Positions 1-12,744 of a stretch of 64,000 nucleotides of DNA are shown in pieces. The notes under the pieces are model-generated. The model had not been told where the DNA came from. It searched no databases and saw only the letters and a list, made by a program, of their open reading frames with translations. Each line of letters begins with the position of its first letter. Position 1 is the first letter of the stretch. Where the stretch lies: assembly GCA_964188305.1 (NCBI GenBank), contig OZ076900.1. One strand, 5' to 3'. The stretch comes from Podarcis bocagei (taxonomy: Eukaryota). Both the position numbers and the translations under genes were made by a program.

Positions 1-42
<42 letters not shown>
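1..42. repeat. (ATT)n microsatellite
   Basis: Read directly. Others: (CT)n 377-406, (ATAC)n 3713-3750, (CA)n 4290-4335, (TG)n 8823-8857, (TTAA)n 25829-25856, (TTA)n 35360-35418, (AAT)n 36109-36180, (TTA)/(CTA)n 54041-54103, (TG)n 58724-58780. Confidence 0.95.
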
Positions 43-45
<3 letters not shown>

Positions 46-373
46 ACAGGGAGTGGGAAAATCACATATGTCATCCTGAGCTCCTTAGAAGAAGAGGAGA
101 TTACAATGTCATTTTTAAATAATACAATTCCCCCCCCCCTGCTGAATCTGGAGCATGGATAATGTGAGAAAAGAAATAATATGCCACAGTTTTCTTTAAC
201 CTAGAAATATAAATGGGGATGAAGTTTTTTTGGCTTTATTTAAAAGTTAGTTTGCTTTCATAATAAAATAAATCCTCAAGGCATTTGGTTATGCAATGTC
301 ATCAGAATCCTTCTTCAAAATAAGGGCTGCTAAATCTGTTCGACAGAAGTTGCTTCCCTTTCGTCTATGAAAA

Positions 374-412
<39 letters not shown>

Positions 413-1893
413 CTTGTGCTAAAGATAAATCCTTTGTTGATTATTAGATGTTAGTTGCAAACATTTAATCAGAAGGGCATCCATTATCTCTGCCGCTATA
501 AGTTGACCCTTGTGGTTTCCAGCTCCAGCTTCCTGGAGAATGGGGCAGACATTTAACTCAAGACAAAGGCAATGTTCCCTCTTAGACCACTTTTCCAAGA
601 ACAGTGTATTCATAAGCCACATCAGGTTCTTACGCACAAAGTGGAAGGATGTAATTTATTTGGTCAATAAAACTAGTCTTACCAGACCATTGAGGGCTTA
701 AAAAAACAAAAACTTCACATTTTGCACTGAAAACAAGCACATACCTACGTAGACTTAAATAAGTAAAACAAATCAGGCAGAATCTGGGGAAAACAGACCA
801 CAGATAACAAAATACTATCATGGGGTTTGCTAAGAGGTTTTAGTGAACAGGAGTATCACAGTAGCCTGGTTTGCACATAGCACTAAACTATGGTTTATAA
901 AACATGGTTTAGGTTGCTCGCCCAAGGCAGGCCCAGAAGTTTAACTATGGTTTACTAACCAACCACACTCATGGTTTGTGGTTAGTTAGCCTTGCTGTTA
1001 ACCAGAACTTAGTGTTGCACGTGAATCCAAATGTTGAGCTGTATTCAGTGTTAGTTCTGCTCAGAGTAAACCCACTGAAAAGAGTGGACATGACTAACAT
1101 AGACACATTGATTTCAATGTTCTGCTTGGTAGAACTTATGTAGCCTAAGCTTTGGAAAAGCATCCCAAGAGTGTTCCGAATAACTCAAGACTGTACTTCC
1201 ATACCATGTGGATTTACTCTTAGAAGCATCAGTTGCACTTTAGAATGAGAAACTTCAATCTTCTCTCATTGCACTGACATCAGTATAAAAACAGGTCTTC
1301 ATTTCTTCTACACTCATCTGTCTTTTATACAAGAAATGAGTCAAACTTTCCTGACATTCAAATTACTCTGAATCAGCCAGACTTTAATGAAGCCGTTTCA
1401 TGTCGATTTTTGATTTCCAGATAGGAAAAATTTAAGGGAAGCTCCAATGCAAGCAAATGTTTGACTTTGGGGTCTGTTCTGCTCTTACCTTGTTAAAGAC
1501 AGGCTCTTGCCATATAATCCTGCCCACTACTCACTGCATTCAACACTGGAGGCTATGATATGCAACCCACCGCTATGCACAATAGGCTGGGGAATGAGAT
1601 GGGGCTTTCTTCCAATGTCCTACTCAGTTTGTGCAATCCCCTCCCTCAGGGGAGCCTCAGTTCTGCAAGATGGTCACAGTTGGCCACTGGGATGCTGGAC
1701 TAGATAGGTCTTTGTTCTGATCAAGTGCAGCTCTTCTGGTGTTCTCAAGCAGGGTGAGGGGAATCTTTTTCAGACTGAGAGCTGCCCATTCACAACTGGG
1801 CAACCTTCCAGAGGCAAGGAAACAGTGGTCAGTGCACCGAGGGGCAAGAAAGGTTGGACAATGAATGTAAATAATTGCATTTATATGGTAGGG

Positions 1894-2260
1894 CAGATGC
1901 TTTTGAATTATGGTGCTGGAGGAGACTCTTGAGAGCCCCATGGACTGCAAGAAGATCAAACCTATCCATTCTTAAGGAAATCAGCCCTGAGTCCTCACTG
2001 AAGGACAGATCCTGAAGCTGAGGCTCCAATACTTTGGCCACCTCATGAGAAGAGAAGACTCTCTGGGAAAGACCCTGATGTTGGGAAAGATTGAGGGCAC
2101 AAGGAAAAGGGGATGACAGAGGACGAGATGGTTGGATGGTGCTCTCAAAGCTACCAGCATGAGATTGACCAAACTGTGGGAGGCAGTGGAAGACAGGAGT
2201 GCCTGGCGTGCTCTGGTCCATGGGGTCACAAAGAGTCGGACACGACTAAACAACAACAAA
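1894..2260 (+). mobile_element. BovB (RTE) LINE, 5'-truncated 3' end
   Basis: Near-identical to the copies at 39.9 kb and 47.2 kb; ends GACTAAACAACAACAA. Confidence 0.9.
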
Positions 2261-3750
2261 TTCTAGATATGCTCACACACATCCCTCTCTATCTTCCATC
2301 CAGGAAAGCAAGAGGAATGATAAGAGTTCCAAGGATGCATCCCAGCCAAGCAAAAACACTTGAAGGTTCAAAGCAGGGCTGGTGAGGGTGTGGCCTGGGA
2401 GAGGGGGTGTGGCCTTGGTAAGGTCCCAAGGGCTGTTCTGTACCACTGAGCATGCTTTAGATTTTGCATTATCTCTTTGTCTCCAGTAGGCCAAATTATC
2501 ACTTCTCCCAGTTGTTTCCCCAGACTTTCCAGACAGTGTCAAGCAAACAAGGCTATTCTCCTTTCTCTCGTCCCTTCCACACACACATAGAGGTTTGACA
2601 CAGGTCTCTCCCTAACATTTTCTTCAAGAGCCACCAGGAAGCTCCCCCAGCTGTCACCCTTGCTTAGCATGCCAATACAAACGGTTCTAATTATGCTAGG
2701 AGCTAATCACCACCACCTTGTCTTCTTCAAGTGAGCATTTCTCCGTGGGCATTTGGAGTTAACTGCACTTCCATTTCAAGTAATCAGGGCATGTTCTCAT
2801 ACCAGGAGAACATTCAGCCAAAATGGGGGGAGGGGAGGGAATGCCGCTGATTTCCCTCTTCCTCTTGATTGGGTTTTTAAAAATCTGAGCGGATATTTAG
2901 AGTCATTGTATATAACTTGATCAGGCCACAGCTGGAAATTTAGAAGTGCACTCTCAGCCTTCTACATGCTCCCAGCAAAGGGGGGAAAAATCAACCTCAG
3001 TTCTGCAAGATGGCCACAAATGGAGATTTTCTTCATATTAAAAAGGGGTTAAAACCATTTTTAAAATCAGGTTTTATCCAAAAGATTTAGGGGTGGGCGA
3101 CCTTTCACAGGCTTATCTGGTCTTGCAACTTTACTGCCCCTTTTATCGTATCATTGAACCTCAATGGGATGTATCAATTGGATGTATCCCATTGAGGATT
3201 ACACAAAAGAGGAATTAGAGAAATTCATGGAGAAGGCTATCAATGGCCTTACCAACTCACCATGATGCCTACACTCTGGCTCCACAGTCAGAGGCAGTAG
3301 TGCTTCTGAATACCAGTTGCTCGAAACCACAGGAGGGGAGAGTGGTGTTGTGCTCAGGACGTGCTTTTGGGCTTCCCACGGGCATCTGCTTGCCCACCGC
3401 GAGTACAGGATGCTGGACTGGAGGGACCATTGCCCTGATCCAGCAGGCTCTTCTCCAATAATAGTCGAACTCAAAATAAAACCATTGACATCTATGAGCT
3501 GAACTATCTCATGTTTACTGCAATAGGCCTACTTTGGGTATTACCCATTGCTTCCTATTACTTGGTGCCATGCAAAATGTCTCGGGTTCACAGAATTGTA
3601 GAGTTGGAAGGGACAACAAGGGTCATCAAGTCCAGCCTCCTGGAATGCAGGAATCTTTTGCCCAACATGGGGCTAAAACCCATGGCCCTGAGATACTCTA
3701 GCTCCAGTTTTTATACATACATACATACATACATACATACATACATACAT

Positions 3751-4289
3751 GGATGCGGGTGGCGCTGTGGGTTAAACCACAGAGCCTAGGGCTTGCCAAT
3801 CAGAAGATCGGCGGTTCAAATCCCCATGACGGGGTGAGCTCCTGTTGCTCGGTCCCAGCTCCTGCCAACCTAGCAGTTTGAAAGCACGTCAAAGTGCAAG
3901 TAGATAAATAAATAGGTACCACTCCGATTGGAAGGTAAATGGCATTTCCATGCGCTGTTCTGGTTCACCAGAAGCGGCTTAGTCCTGCTGGCCACATGAC
4001 CCGGAAGCTGTATGCCGGCTCCCTCGGTCAGTAAAGCTAGATGAGCGCTTTAAGCTAGATGAGCGCTTGAAAGCACGTCAAAGTGCAAGTAGATAAATAA
4101 ATAGGTACCACTCCGATTGGAAGGTAAATGGCATTTCCATGCGCTGTTCTGGTTCACCAGAAGCGGCTTAGTCCTGCTGGCCACATGACCCGGAAGCTGT
4201 ATGCCGGCTCCCTCGGTCAGTAAAGCTAGATGAGCGCTGCAACCCCAGAGTCAGTCACGACTGGACCTAATGGTCAGGGGTCCCTTTGC
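3751..4289 (+). mobile_element. Sauria SINE with an internal 172-bp tandem duplication
   Basis: GGGTGGCGCTGTGGGTTAAACCACAGAGCCTAGG head to GACTGGACCTAATGGTCAGGGGTCCCTTT tail; 3878-4049 repeated at 4067-4238. Confidence 0.9.
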
Positions 4290-4295
4290 CACACA

Positions 4296-4337
<42 letters not shown>

Positions 4338-6089
4338 TAATGATGAGAGGAAGGGAAAGACCTCTTAGAGAGCTCTTACCAATCAGAGCTCACAACACTA
4401 GGCTAGACTGACAAGCATCCTGACTTGAGAAAAGGCACATTCCTATGTTCCAGTGTCTTGCCAAGTAAATTATGAGTATAGCTATCTGGAGAGCTGTGGA
4501 TAGATTTTGGCTGGCTAAGCTGATGGCTATTCATGGGCTTATAAAAAAGTGAGCTAGAATCAGGGGTAGGCAGCCAGTGGCCCTCCAGATGTCACTGGAC
4601 TCCAGTTCCCATCAACCCAGCCAGCATGGCTAATGGCCAGGGGTGACAGGGGCTATAGTCCATCAACATCTGCAAGGTCACAGGCTCACTAGCCTGAGCT
4701 AGATGGTCCTTAATGGCTTGGAATATCTCTCCAAAGTTTGTAATGGAATACTTCAGTGTATTGGGAGTGGGCAGGGACAGAAAGACAGTGAAGGAGGGAT
4801 GTTTGAAGTCTGGATGTGGGCAGAGACTATGGGAGAGAGCTGTGAAGCATCTTTAAGGTTGAGTGGCTCTCTTCTGGAATCTAAGCAGAGCCTTGCACAT
4901 CAGGCTAATGTAACACCAGTGCACTGATTCCAGCAGTTATCATCCGGACACTTCCAGAAAGACAACAAGTGAAGCTTGAAGGCAGCGATCTTCCCCTTGT
5001 CATCTGTATTCAGAGGTACACTGCCCTTGAATATGGATGTTCTACTAAGGGATTCAGGGTGTGGGGATCTAACCTGGTGCAGGATTGGCTATTGTGCTCC
5101 TTGCTCTCAGACTATCACTGTGCTCCAAAGTGCTCTTGGTATATATTTGCAAAATAAAGTAAATGTAACAAAGGCACCATAGGCTTGGAGGGCTTTCTGG
5201 TCCAAAGGAAACCAACAGTGCAATCCTATGTCTAAGAAGGATTACTTAAATACGTTCAGGATCTCAGCCTTGATCCTTTACCATTGCCCTTATTTTCCCC
5301 AACATGCAAAGTATTGCAGGGCATTCATCATATAATTAAAATGACTGCAGAGCATGAAGAGATTCCCTCTCTTTCCCTAATGAATGAGCAACTGCAGCCT
5401 GCCCTCACTCTTAGAATAAAGAAGCTGAGTTTCCGAACAGGAAAATGGCAAGTCTCAAATGAATTTAAGTGAAGGAACATAAAGTACTGCATTCCACAGC
5501 CACTGCACCCTTTTTTTTAAAAAAAAGTCCATAAAAATACACCATACTAGACACTTTCACAAAATTAAGGAAGAGGGGTGGGGAGAGAAGGCAAATAAAA
5601 AACCAAAATCTTACAATTCAATTCAACTGGACTTACTCCCTGATCATTATATACTCAGAAATAGCCACCATGATGTTCTCCAGATGTTGCTAGACTGGGA
5701 TTTGCCCACCAGCCCTGGCCAGCATGGCCAATGGTCAGGGCTGATAGGAGATGTAAGCATCTGGAGGTACCACATTGACCACCCCAGTAGATAGGACTCT
5801 GGTCCTGTAGAATTGTAGAGTTGGAAGGGACCCCCAGAAGAAGAGTCCACCACCTTTGGAGGTGGTCCACTCCAGTGCTTTTCCTCTCGGGGTATGCAAG
5901 GGTACTCAGTACCAGTACTTTTTTCCAGATGTTAAAAGTGTGGCACTTACTGCAACAACTTCATGGTGAGAACCAGCACCTTTTCCTTCTTCCTTTTTTT
6001 AAAAAAAGGTGCTGGTCCATTCCACTGCCAAACAGCAATTACTGCCAGAAAATGTTTCCTAAAGTTTAGTCAGAAACTTTCTTATCTGA

Positions 6090-6392
6090 ATCCATTGATT
6101 CAGATCCTAGACTCTGGAGCAGCAGAAAATAAGCTTTGCTCCATCTTCCGTGTGTGGCAGCCCTTCAGATAGTTGAATATGGGTATCATATCGCCTATCC
6201 GTCTTCTCCAGGCTAAACATACCCAATTCATTCAACCATTCCTCATAAGTCTTGGTTTCCAGACCCTTGATCGTCTTGGTCACCCTCCTCCACACACATT
6301 CCAGCTTATTGATATCCTTCTTAAACCATAGTGCCCTGATTTGGTTACAGTTCTCCAGGTGTGATCTGACCAAGGCAGAATCCAGCAGTGCA
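6090..6392 (-). mobile_element. CR1 LINE ORF2 3' fragment
   Basis: Translation FKKDINKLECVWRRVTKTIKGLETKTYEEWLNELGMFSLEK is typical of the CR1 ORF2 C-terminus. Confidence 0.88.
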
Positions 6393-7169
6393 ATACGTGT
6401 TTACATGGTTGTTGGTCCCACTGAATTCAGGGGTTTACTGATAGGTGAATAGATAAAGGGCTGCAAGCTTAGGATATCTAAATCTATCCCAAGTGAAGAG
6501 GAGGAGATGCATATCATACAAAATGTTTAATATATGTTCCACAAGTACATTTCCACAAACCCATACAATTCCCAGCTGTCACTAGAAAGAGTGGGCCTGC
6601 ATTTTCTCCATCTCTTGGCATAAGTCCAGTGGCGACTTGGCTTTATTGCATTTTCCCTTTGCCTCTTCTCTCCACCTCAGAAGAGAAACTTGTAAATGAT
6701 CATCGGTACTGGAGTCACATCCATGTAACTGCTAGATTTTATATTTTCAACGGAGGGCTGGGGACCACCATTAGTGCTATTTCTTGTCCTAGAAGTCTTT
6801 AGTTCATCCTGACATCATTTTTACCGCCTATCAGAAGCTCATCTAATAAAACAACAGCAAAAAGCTTTGTGAGGCACCTCAAAGATTAACAATAAATAGC
6901 ACTCATATCATACTATTAAGAAGTTGTCAACAACTTTCCCACAATGATCTCACTACTCACCTGATTATTGCAAGATATTGGAAGACTCCAAATGTAGACC
7001 TGTTTGAGACCTGGATCTCACAACTAAATACAAATGGACAAAGTGACAGCCCAGGTCCAAGAGAGTTGAACAGACAAGAAAAACACTACTCTTCAATCAA
7101 CCTGGCATAGTTTTATGATATATGCAACATCAAAAAGCCTCCAGTGACACATGGCAACTTGTGGAGTTA

Positions 7170-7428
7170 CCGTATTTTTTGCTCTATAAGACTCACCTTT
7201 TCCCTCCTAAAAAGTAAGGGGAAATGTGTGTGCATCTTATGGAGCGAATGCAGGCTGCGCAGCTATCCCAGAAGCCAGAACAGCAAGAGGGATTGCTGCT
7301 TTCACTGCGCAGCGATCCCTCTTGCTGTTCTAGCTTCTGAGATTCAGAATATTTTTTTTCTTGTTTTCCTCCTCCAGAAACTAGGTGTGTCTTGTGGTCT
7401 GGTGCATCTTATAGAGTGAAAAATACGG
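7170..7428. mobile_element. Tc1/mariner (Tc2/pogo-like) MITE
   Basis: TA-CCGTATTTTTTGCTCTATAAG ... CTTATAGAGTGAAAAATACGG-TA; internal hairpin at about 7270-7339. Confidence 0.85.
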
Positions 7429-8820
7429 TATATATTTGTTTAAAAAACTGAAATGGCCTAAATGAAATCAAACAGGAATTTAGTGATTCTGCTGGGGGTA
7501 GGTTTCTTGACTGTTGATTGCTCTTTGTATAAATAAGCAAAAACAATGGAAAAATCTACTTTTAAGATTAACATATTTATTATGGGCAGAAGCTTTTCTT
7601 GGTCTTCTAAACAGGGATGAAGAACCTTCAGCCTGCTGGTCAGTCTTGGCCCTGAAGGCTTCCCCCCAAAAAAAGAACCACATGTCCATCTGTCAATCAG
7701 TTGGCATTACTGGGTGACATCAGCTGATGAGCAAGGTGGTGCAGTTCAATTCTGCTGGGTGATGCTATGCCAGCAAGTATACTGTGGAGGATGTGCTGGC
7801 AAAGCAGACCCCTCCCCCACCCCAACGTTTTATTTATTAAAAACGTCCTGATGTCATCACAACATCAGGTGAGTGACCCTGTACATCTGTCAAAGTCAGC
7901 TCATGGATGGGGTCGGGGAGATAAAGATCTGAGCCACTAGGCCAAACGTATTTCCCACCACTTGTCAAGAAAGCCTACCCCATAAGAGGCATGAAGGCAT
8001 GCGGGCTATAAATCAGTCTTTCAATGTATGTAGGAGGTGCACACCCAATGTGTTTCTTGGGCTCATGATTCCAGTTCAAAAATGGACCAATGGTGCAGTT
8101 AGGCAATTTAGATGGCAGTATGCATTACTTCAAAATTTGTTACTCCTCATTCTATTGACTGGGGTCCTGGTCTTCTGTCCCCAAAGCCATACTCTGATGG
8201 TCTCACTGCCGAACTTGCCACTTCCCTATTGCAGCAATGGGGGGGGGGGGTGATTTGCATAGGAGAAACAGCAGACAGGTGTGTGAGCTTGACCCTTCAT
8301 TGTTCTCCCCCATCAACTCCTATTCAACCATGTCTCCCTACCCACAACTCAATGTGGCAAGAAGGAATCTGAGAATGTAGTAACTGAGATGCAGATAGAT
8401 GGAGGGAAATGGCCAGCAGGGGGATGGTTAAGCATGCCGTCTGGCTCTGCAAATTCTCCCCTTTGCTGCTTTGAAAGGGATAACAAGTTTATTTCATAAG
8501 TTTATTATTCTAGCCAGAGGCCATGACAAACATGTATTAAGCAATAGTACCAACAACATAATACAAAACGTGCATAATATAACAATCTGCAAATACTTTG
8601 CCAAATTCCTGGGCATTAGAACAGTTTCCCTTTGTGCATCTCTTACAACTCAAATTCTAGCATTATTTTGCCTTTTTAAAATCCAATTTGCCAACATCCA
8701 TTATGTAAGAAAGAGAAGTTACCACAGACACAAAGAAACTCAAATCCAGTGTGATTTCAGATTAAACCTCTGAATCATCAAAACAATTTATCGTTATTAT
8801 AGCTGACTCCTTTTTCCAGA

Positions 8821-8858
<38 letters not shown>

Positions 8859-9757
8859 CAGCCAGTGCATAGAGGGCCACCTATGTGTTATGAAGATACT
8901 ATTTTTACTTAAAAGAAACCAAACCATTTGTGCCAGAGTGTGCCTGATTGCTTGTGCTTTGTTTCAGAAAGGAATCTCTTGGGTCTCTAGATAAGGGGCA
9001 GGCTAACAAATAGAGTGAGGTCTTCCACCTGAGGTTGACCACAAATACAAAGTCTGTCTGCATATGGGACCTTGCTGAAGCAGCCATCCAAGACTGCAGT
9101 GGGCTTCACTTGGAAACAGAGCTCAATAAAGGCATTTCTTATGGAAACTGGTGAGATAACTAGCTCTACAATGCTCTGCTTTGAAAGGGAGAAGAAGCAG
9201 TCCAAATTTTCCCTGAACACTCAGTGTGATCCCCCTGTAGCAAAAATTAGTTGCTTCTTGGAGATCCACAGAACACTTCTTTGCAAGATAAATATTATCT
9301 TTGTGGGGAAATAATGTGCCATATTGCAGAACAGACCCCCATTAGCAATAGATTGCGTGTCTAATGGTTATGACAACCACACATTTCACCAGAGGGCAAT
9401 CACTCTGTTATTGCTGTTTGTTTTAACTGACACTTTCTCTGAAACTCATTTGCAGCTAAGCAACTGTAAGCTCACAGCTTGGTTATAACTTTGTAGGAAC
9501 CTTAATAAATCATGGCAAACTGGGCAGGTGGGAGGGGAGAGGAAGGAAGTTTAAAATCAACAGCGATCCATATCCAAAACTCCACAAACCATTTTCAAAT
9601 AAAATAAGGAAAGTTTATCACAAACACACCCTCTCCCTCTTCAAAGGTTTATTTACATTCACTCTGACCGAGTGTCATCAACCATGCAAGTCTTTTCCTA
9701 TTTACACATGGCCAAGCATGCATGTCTTAAATGAATATGAACCACATTTGTCTTAAG

Positions 9758-9925
9758 CACAAGGGAAATTTTAGACACATGCAGCTCTCCAGTTCGAAAT
9801 CCAAGACCATAGACACAAGGGAAATTTCAGAAATTTGCAATTCTCGAAATACAAATCCATGACCCTAGACACAAAGGTAATTTCAGGTAGGTGCAATTCT
9901 CCAAAGCAATAATCATCCATGACTC
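9758..9925. repeat. Diverged 56-bp minisatellite, three units
   Basis: CACAA(G/A)GG(A/T)AATTT starts at 9758, 9814 and 9870. Confidence 0.8.
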
Positions 9926-11527
9926 CCAAAGCCACCATCTTACAAAAATGCCCATCACCACAAGAGCCAACCCGTCTCCCACCCCTGAGAGCTGTTGCCA
10001 TACCATTGATTCATCCTTTCCTCTAGACTGCAATAGCAGCTACCAGACATTAAAAATTTGCCTTGGGACTTGTCCCCCCCACTACACCAGCTCTCTGAAA
10101 GAACTTACAACCCAATGGGATGTTTGACTGGGTGTAGAGAGAGCTTTGCAGTGTCCAGAGCAAGAAAACAGATGACAGGTGGCAACAGGAGCGTCAAAGG
10201 TTTGGGCAACAAAGCAGACAACTTGGACAAAGTCTCATGGGATGCACCCATCCAACTAACATAGAAGGACCACAGCTCAATAGTAGAGCAACTCCTTTGC
10301 ACACAAAAGGTCTCTGACTCAATCCCCTGCTTGAAACCCTGGGGAGCCACTGTGTAGAGAAGACTGAGCAAGGAGGACCAATGGTCTGACACAGTATAAT
10401 GCAGTTTCCCATGTCCCTTTCCTACAGGAAAATAAGAGTGGCTGGTCGTTTTTTGGAGAGCACTTTCACAGCAAGGTAGCAAAGGGAGTAAGATACAGAG
10501 GAAGTAAAGGGGAAGGGTGGTTTGGTGAGGAAAGCATTGGCATCCCGTTTAGCAAGCATGGAAGGCTTGTGGAGAATGGGACACAGTGGGAAGAACCACC
10601 CTTTGGAATATAGCCAATGTCAGTTCTACTCAGAGAAGGCCCATTGAAATTAATGGATGTGCCTAGGTGATGTCCATTAACTTCATTGGGTCTACTCTGA
10701 GTAGAACTTAGCTGGATACGCTCCTTTGTAATCCACCTTTGAGTCCGCTTGCAGTTGATCACAGGAAGGTGCCTTGTACCAATTCCACCTAGTCTAGCAG
10801 TGTCTTTCCAGGGACACTCCCAGTCCTACCTGAAGGTGCTAGGGATTTGACCTGAACCTTCTGCATACATGGTGGATGTTCTTCTAAGGAGCTACAGCCC
10901 TTCTCCAAAACATAAGAGGCTGCCTTTGACAGCTCCTCTCCAGAGTTTCAGCCAGGGAAAATTCTCAACTCTACCTGGAGATTTCTAAACACAAAGCAGA
11001 TTATTCACCACTGAGCTCTGGCCCTTCCTTCAATGTGGGATATATAATCCAAAAAAGAACTGGCACCCCAAAACACAAAAGTTAGCATTTTTACATTTCA
11101 GTTTAACCAGGCACTCCTATGCATGTTTAGTCAGAAGTTCCACTAAGTTCAAGGGGACTTACTTTACACGATCAGTAATGTCTATATTAGCAGGAATGTA
11201 ATTCAGATCAGAAATTAATCTGTCTTGGGATCTTACTTTCAAAGCAAAAAAAACAACAACAAAAAACGCAAACACGCTCCTGCGAGCAAATGGCATACAA
11301 GTCTCCCAAATGTGTGTTAAGTATGTGCTAAAGCCTTCTTTGACAAGGGAGAACGGAGGGGGCTCTTAAATCTCGAAAGGGAGCAGTTCCGGCGGGCGCC
11401 TTTACAGCACACTGGATAGAAGAAGGAAGAAAGAAACCGGAGGGCCAGCCAGAAGGCATCCGATCCCCACCGCCACCATGCGAACAACGACGACTGAGGA
11501 AGGTTTGGGGAGAGCGGCTTCCTCAGG

Positions 11528-11548
11528 ATCAGCACCATGGAGAGAGCT
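11528..11548 (+). promoter_or_regulatory. REST/NRSF binding site (RE1/NRSE)
   Basis: ATCAGCACCATGGAGAGAGCT versus consensus TTCAGCACCnnGGACAGCGCC, canonical 2-nt spacer, in a neuronal channel gene. Confidence 0.7.
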
Positions 11549-11635
11549 CACTGAGGGCATGAAGTAGTAACAGGAGTCCGGAGCCGCTCAGAGTACAACC
11601 AGCGAAACGGCTGCGAGTAAAAGCGGAACGCAGCG

Positions 11636-11656
11636 ATAAGCACCTTGGAGAGCGCT
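11636..11656 (+). promoter_or_regulatory. Second RE1/NRSE-like site
   Basis: ATAAGCACCTTGGAGAGCGCT; AGCACC-nn-GGAGAGCGC core intact, same orientation, 108 bp from the first site. Confidence 0.55.
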
Positions 11657-11821
11657 CCAGGCGCCCTCTTACCAGCGGCCGCTATTTTGTCGCCTTTTGA
11701 CCCAGCAACCTCCAACCAAAAGCACCGTCATTTCGACCCCAGCACTCTTGAAACGCTTCTGTGCCCATCGTGAGGTTTCCCTGTGCCCTTGGTCCGTCCT
11801 CCTCCCGCTCTGCGCTCTTAC

Positions 11822-12016
11822 CTGTCGTCGTTTTGAAAGCTCTGATCCCCCAGGAGCAGGTCCCGGAACCGGTAGCGAGGCGGCAAGGGAAGCACCTCGG
11901 AGTCCAGCTCGTTCATCGTCAAGGAGGAGATGTCCAGGATGACCCCGCTCTTCTGCTTGTTGGCGCCAGCCGTGCCGGTGCCGCCGCTTCGGTAGCCGCC
12001 AGTTGACGACTTCAGC
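11822..12016 (-). CDS. KCNT1: KCNT1 coding exon 2 (195 nt, phase 2-2)
   Basis: Encodes [93 protein letters not shown] is the KCNT1 version of the motif (KCNT2 has LESEVPPLPP...GWQNDDR). Pyrimidine tract plus CGCAG| acceptor and AG|GTAAG donor. Downstream exons lie outside the window. Confidence 0.95.
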
Positions 12017-12744
12017 CTGCGAGGAATAGAGGGGCGAAGAAGATGAGAAGATGGAGCAAGGCTAGAGACTGTGCTCTCCTTTCCTACCCGCTGGACGGAA
12101 GCCTTGGCGGAGGAGGAAGGCGACTGCCCGCCGTTCAAAGACCTCCTCTGCAAAACTGGCTCCGGAGGCGCGTTCCCCGCGGATCTAACTTAGATTTCCT
12201 TTGGGGGTTGTGTGGAGTTGATTCCCTGGACTGCAAATGAGACACCGCTCTCTCTCTAACTGGGACACTCCAGCCCCCCAAATGAACATGATCTCCCAAG
12301 CCCCATCCGGCTTCGCATCCTTCAACCTCCCCTTTTGATAAAAGGAAAAACACGCTCTCGTTCTTTTAAAGGACCCTCACCAGCTTCCTTGAAGCACAGA
12401 GGGGTATAGGCACAGTTTCTGTGCCTTCCTTCCAGATTGACAGGCAATATCGAAGTAGGAGAGGAATTTGGGGGGAAGAGGGAAGAGTATGAGGCACCCG
12501 GAGACAATGCACAGCTCTGACTGACCGTCCTGCCAGCAACGAAGAGGGAAGGCGAGGAGAGATCTTGAATCTGGACGTGTGGAGTGTCCACAGAGACACA
12601 CTAACAAGGCAAACATCTGGATCAGCAAAATGGGGGGAGGGAAGAGAAGAGATTTCAGCAAAAGTCAAGGAGAGGTACTGGGTTGGAGCCAACTAATTTC
12701 TATTCTGAGTAGATCCAGCTAAAATCAATGACCTGAAGTTTGGG

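Larger units (their letters stand above)
11380..12190. promoter_or_regulatory. CpG-rich island around KCNT1 exon 2 (possible internal promoter or regulatory element)
   Basis: High CpG density in unique sequence on both sides of exon 2; contains two RE1-like motifs. Confidence 0.55.

Noticed and set aside
9758-9925. CRISPR-like repeat-spacer array
   Set aside because: Vertebrate DNA, whole units are homologous with no unique spacers, and no cas genes.
1-11800. Slack-B alternative first exon (MARAKL...) or the VQVEFYVNENTFKERL exon
   Set aside because: Not found by eye in this interval; presumably beyond the left edge.
11822-12016. Assignment to KCNT2
   Set aside because: Residues ([17 protein letters not shown]) and the upstream YTNxTFxFDDG exon fit KCNT1.
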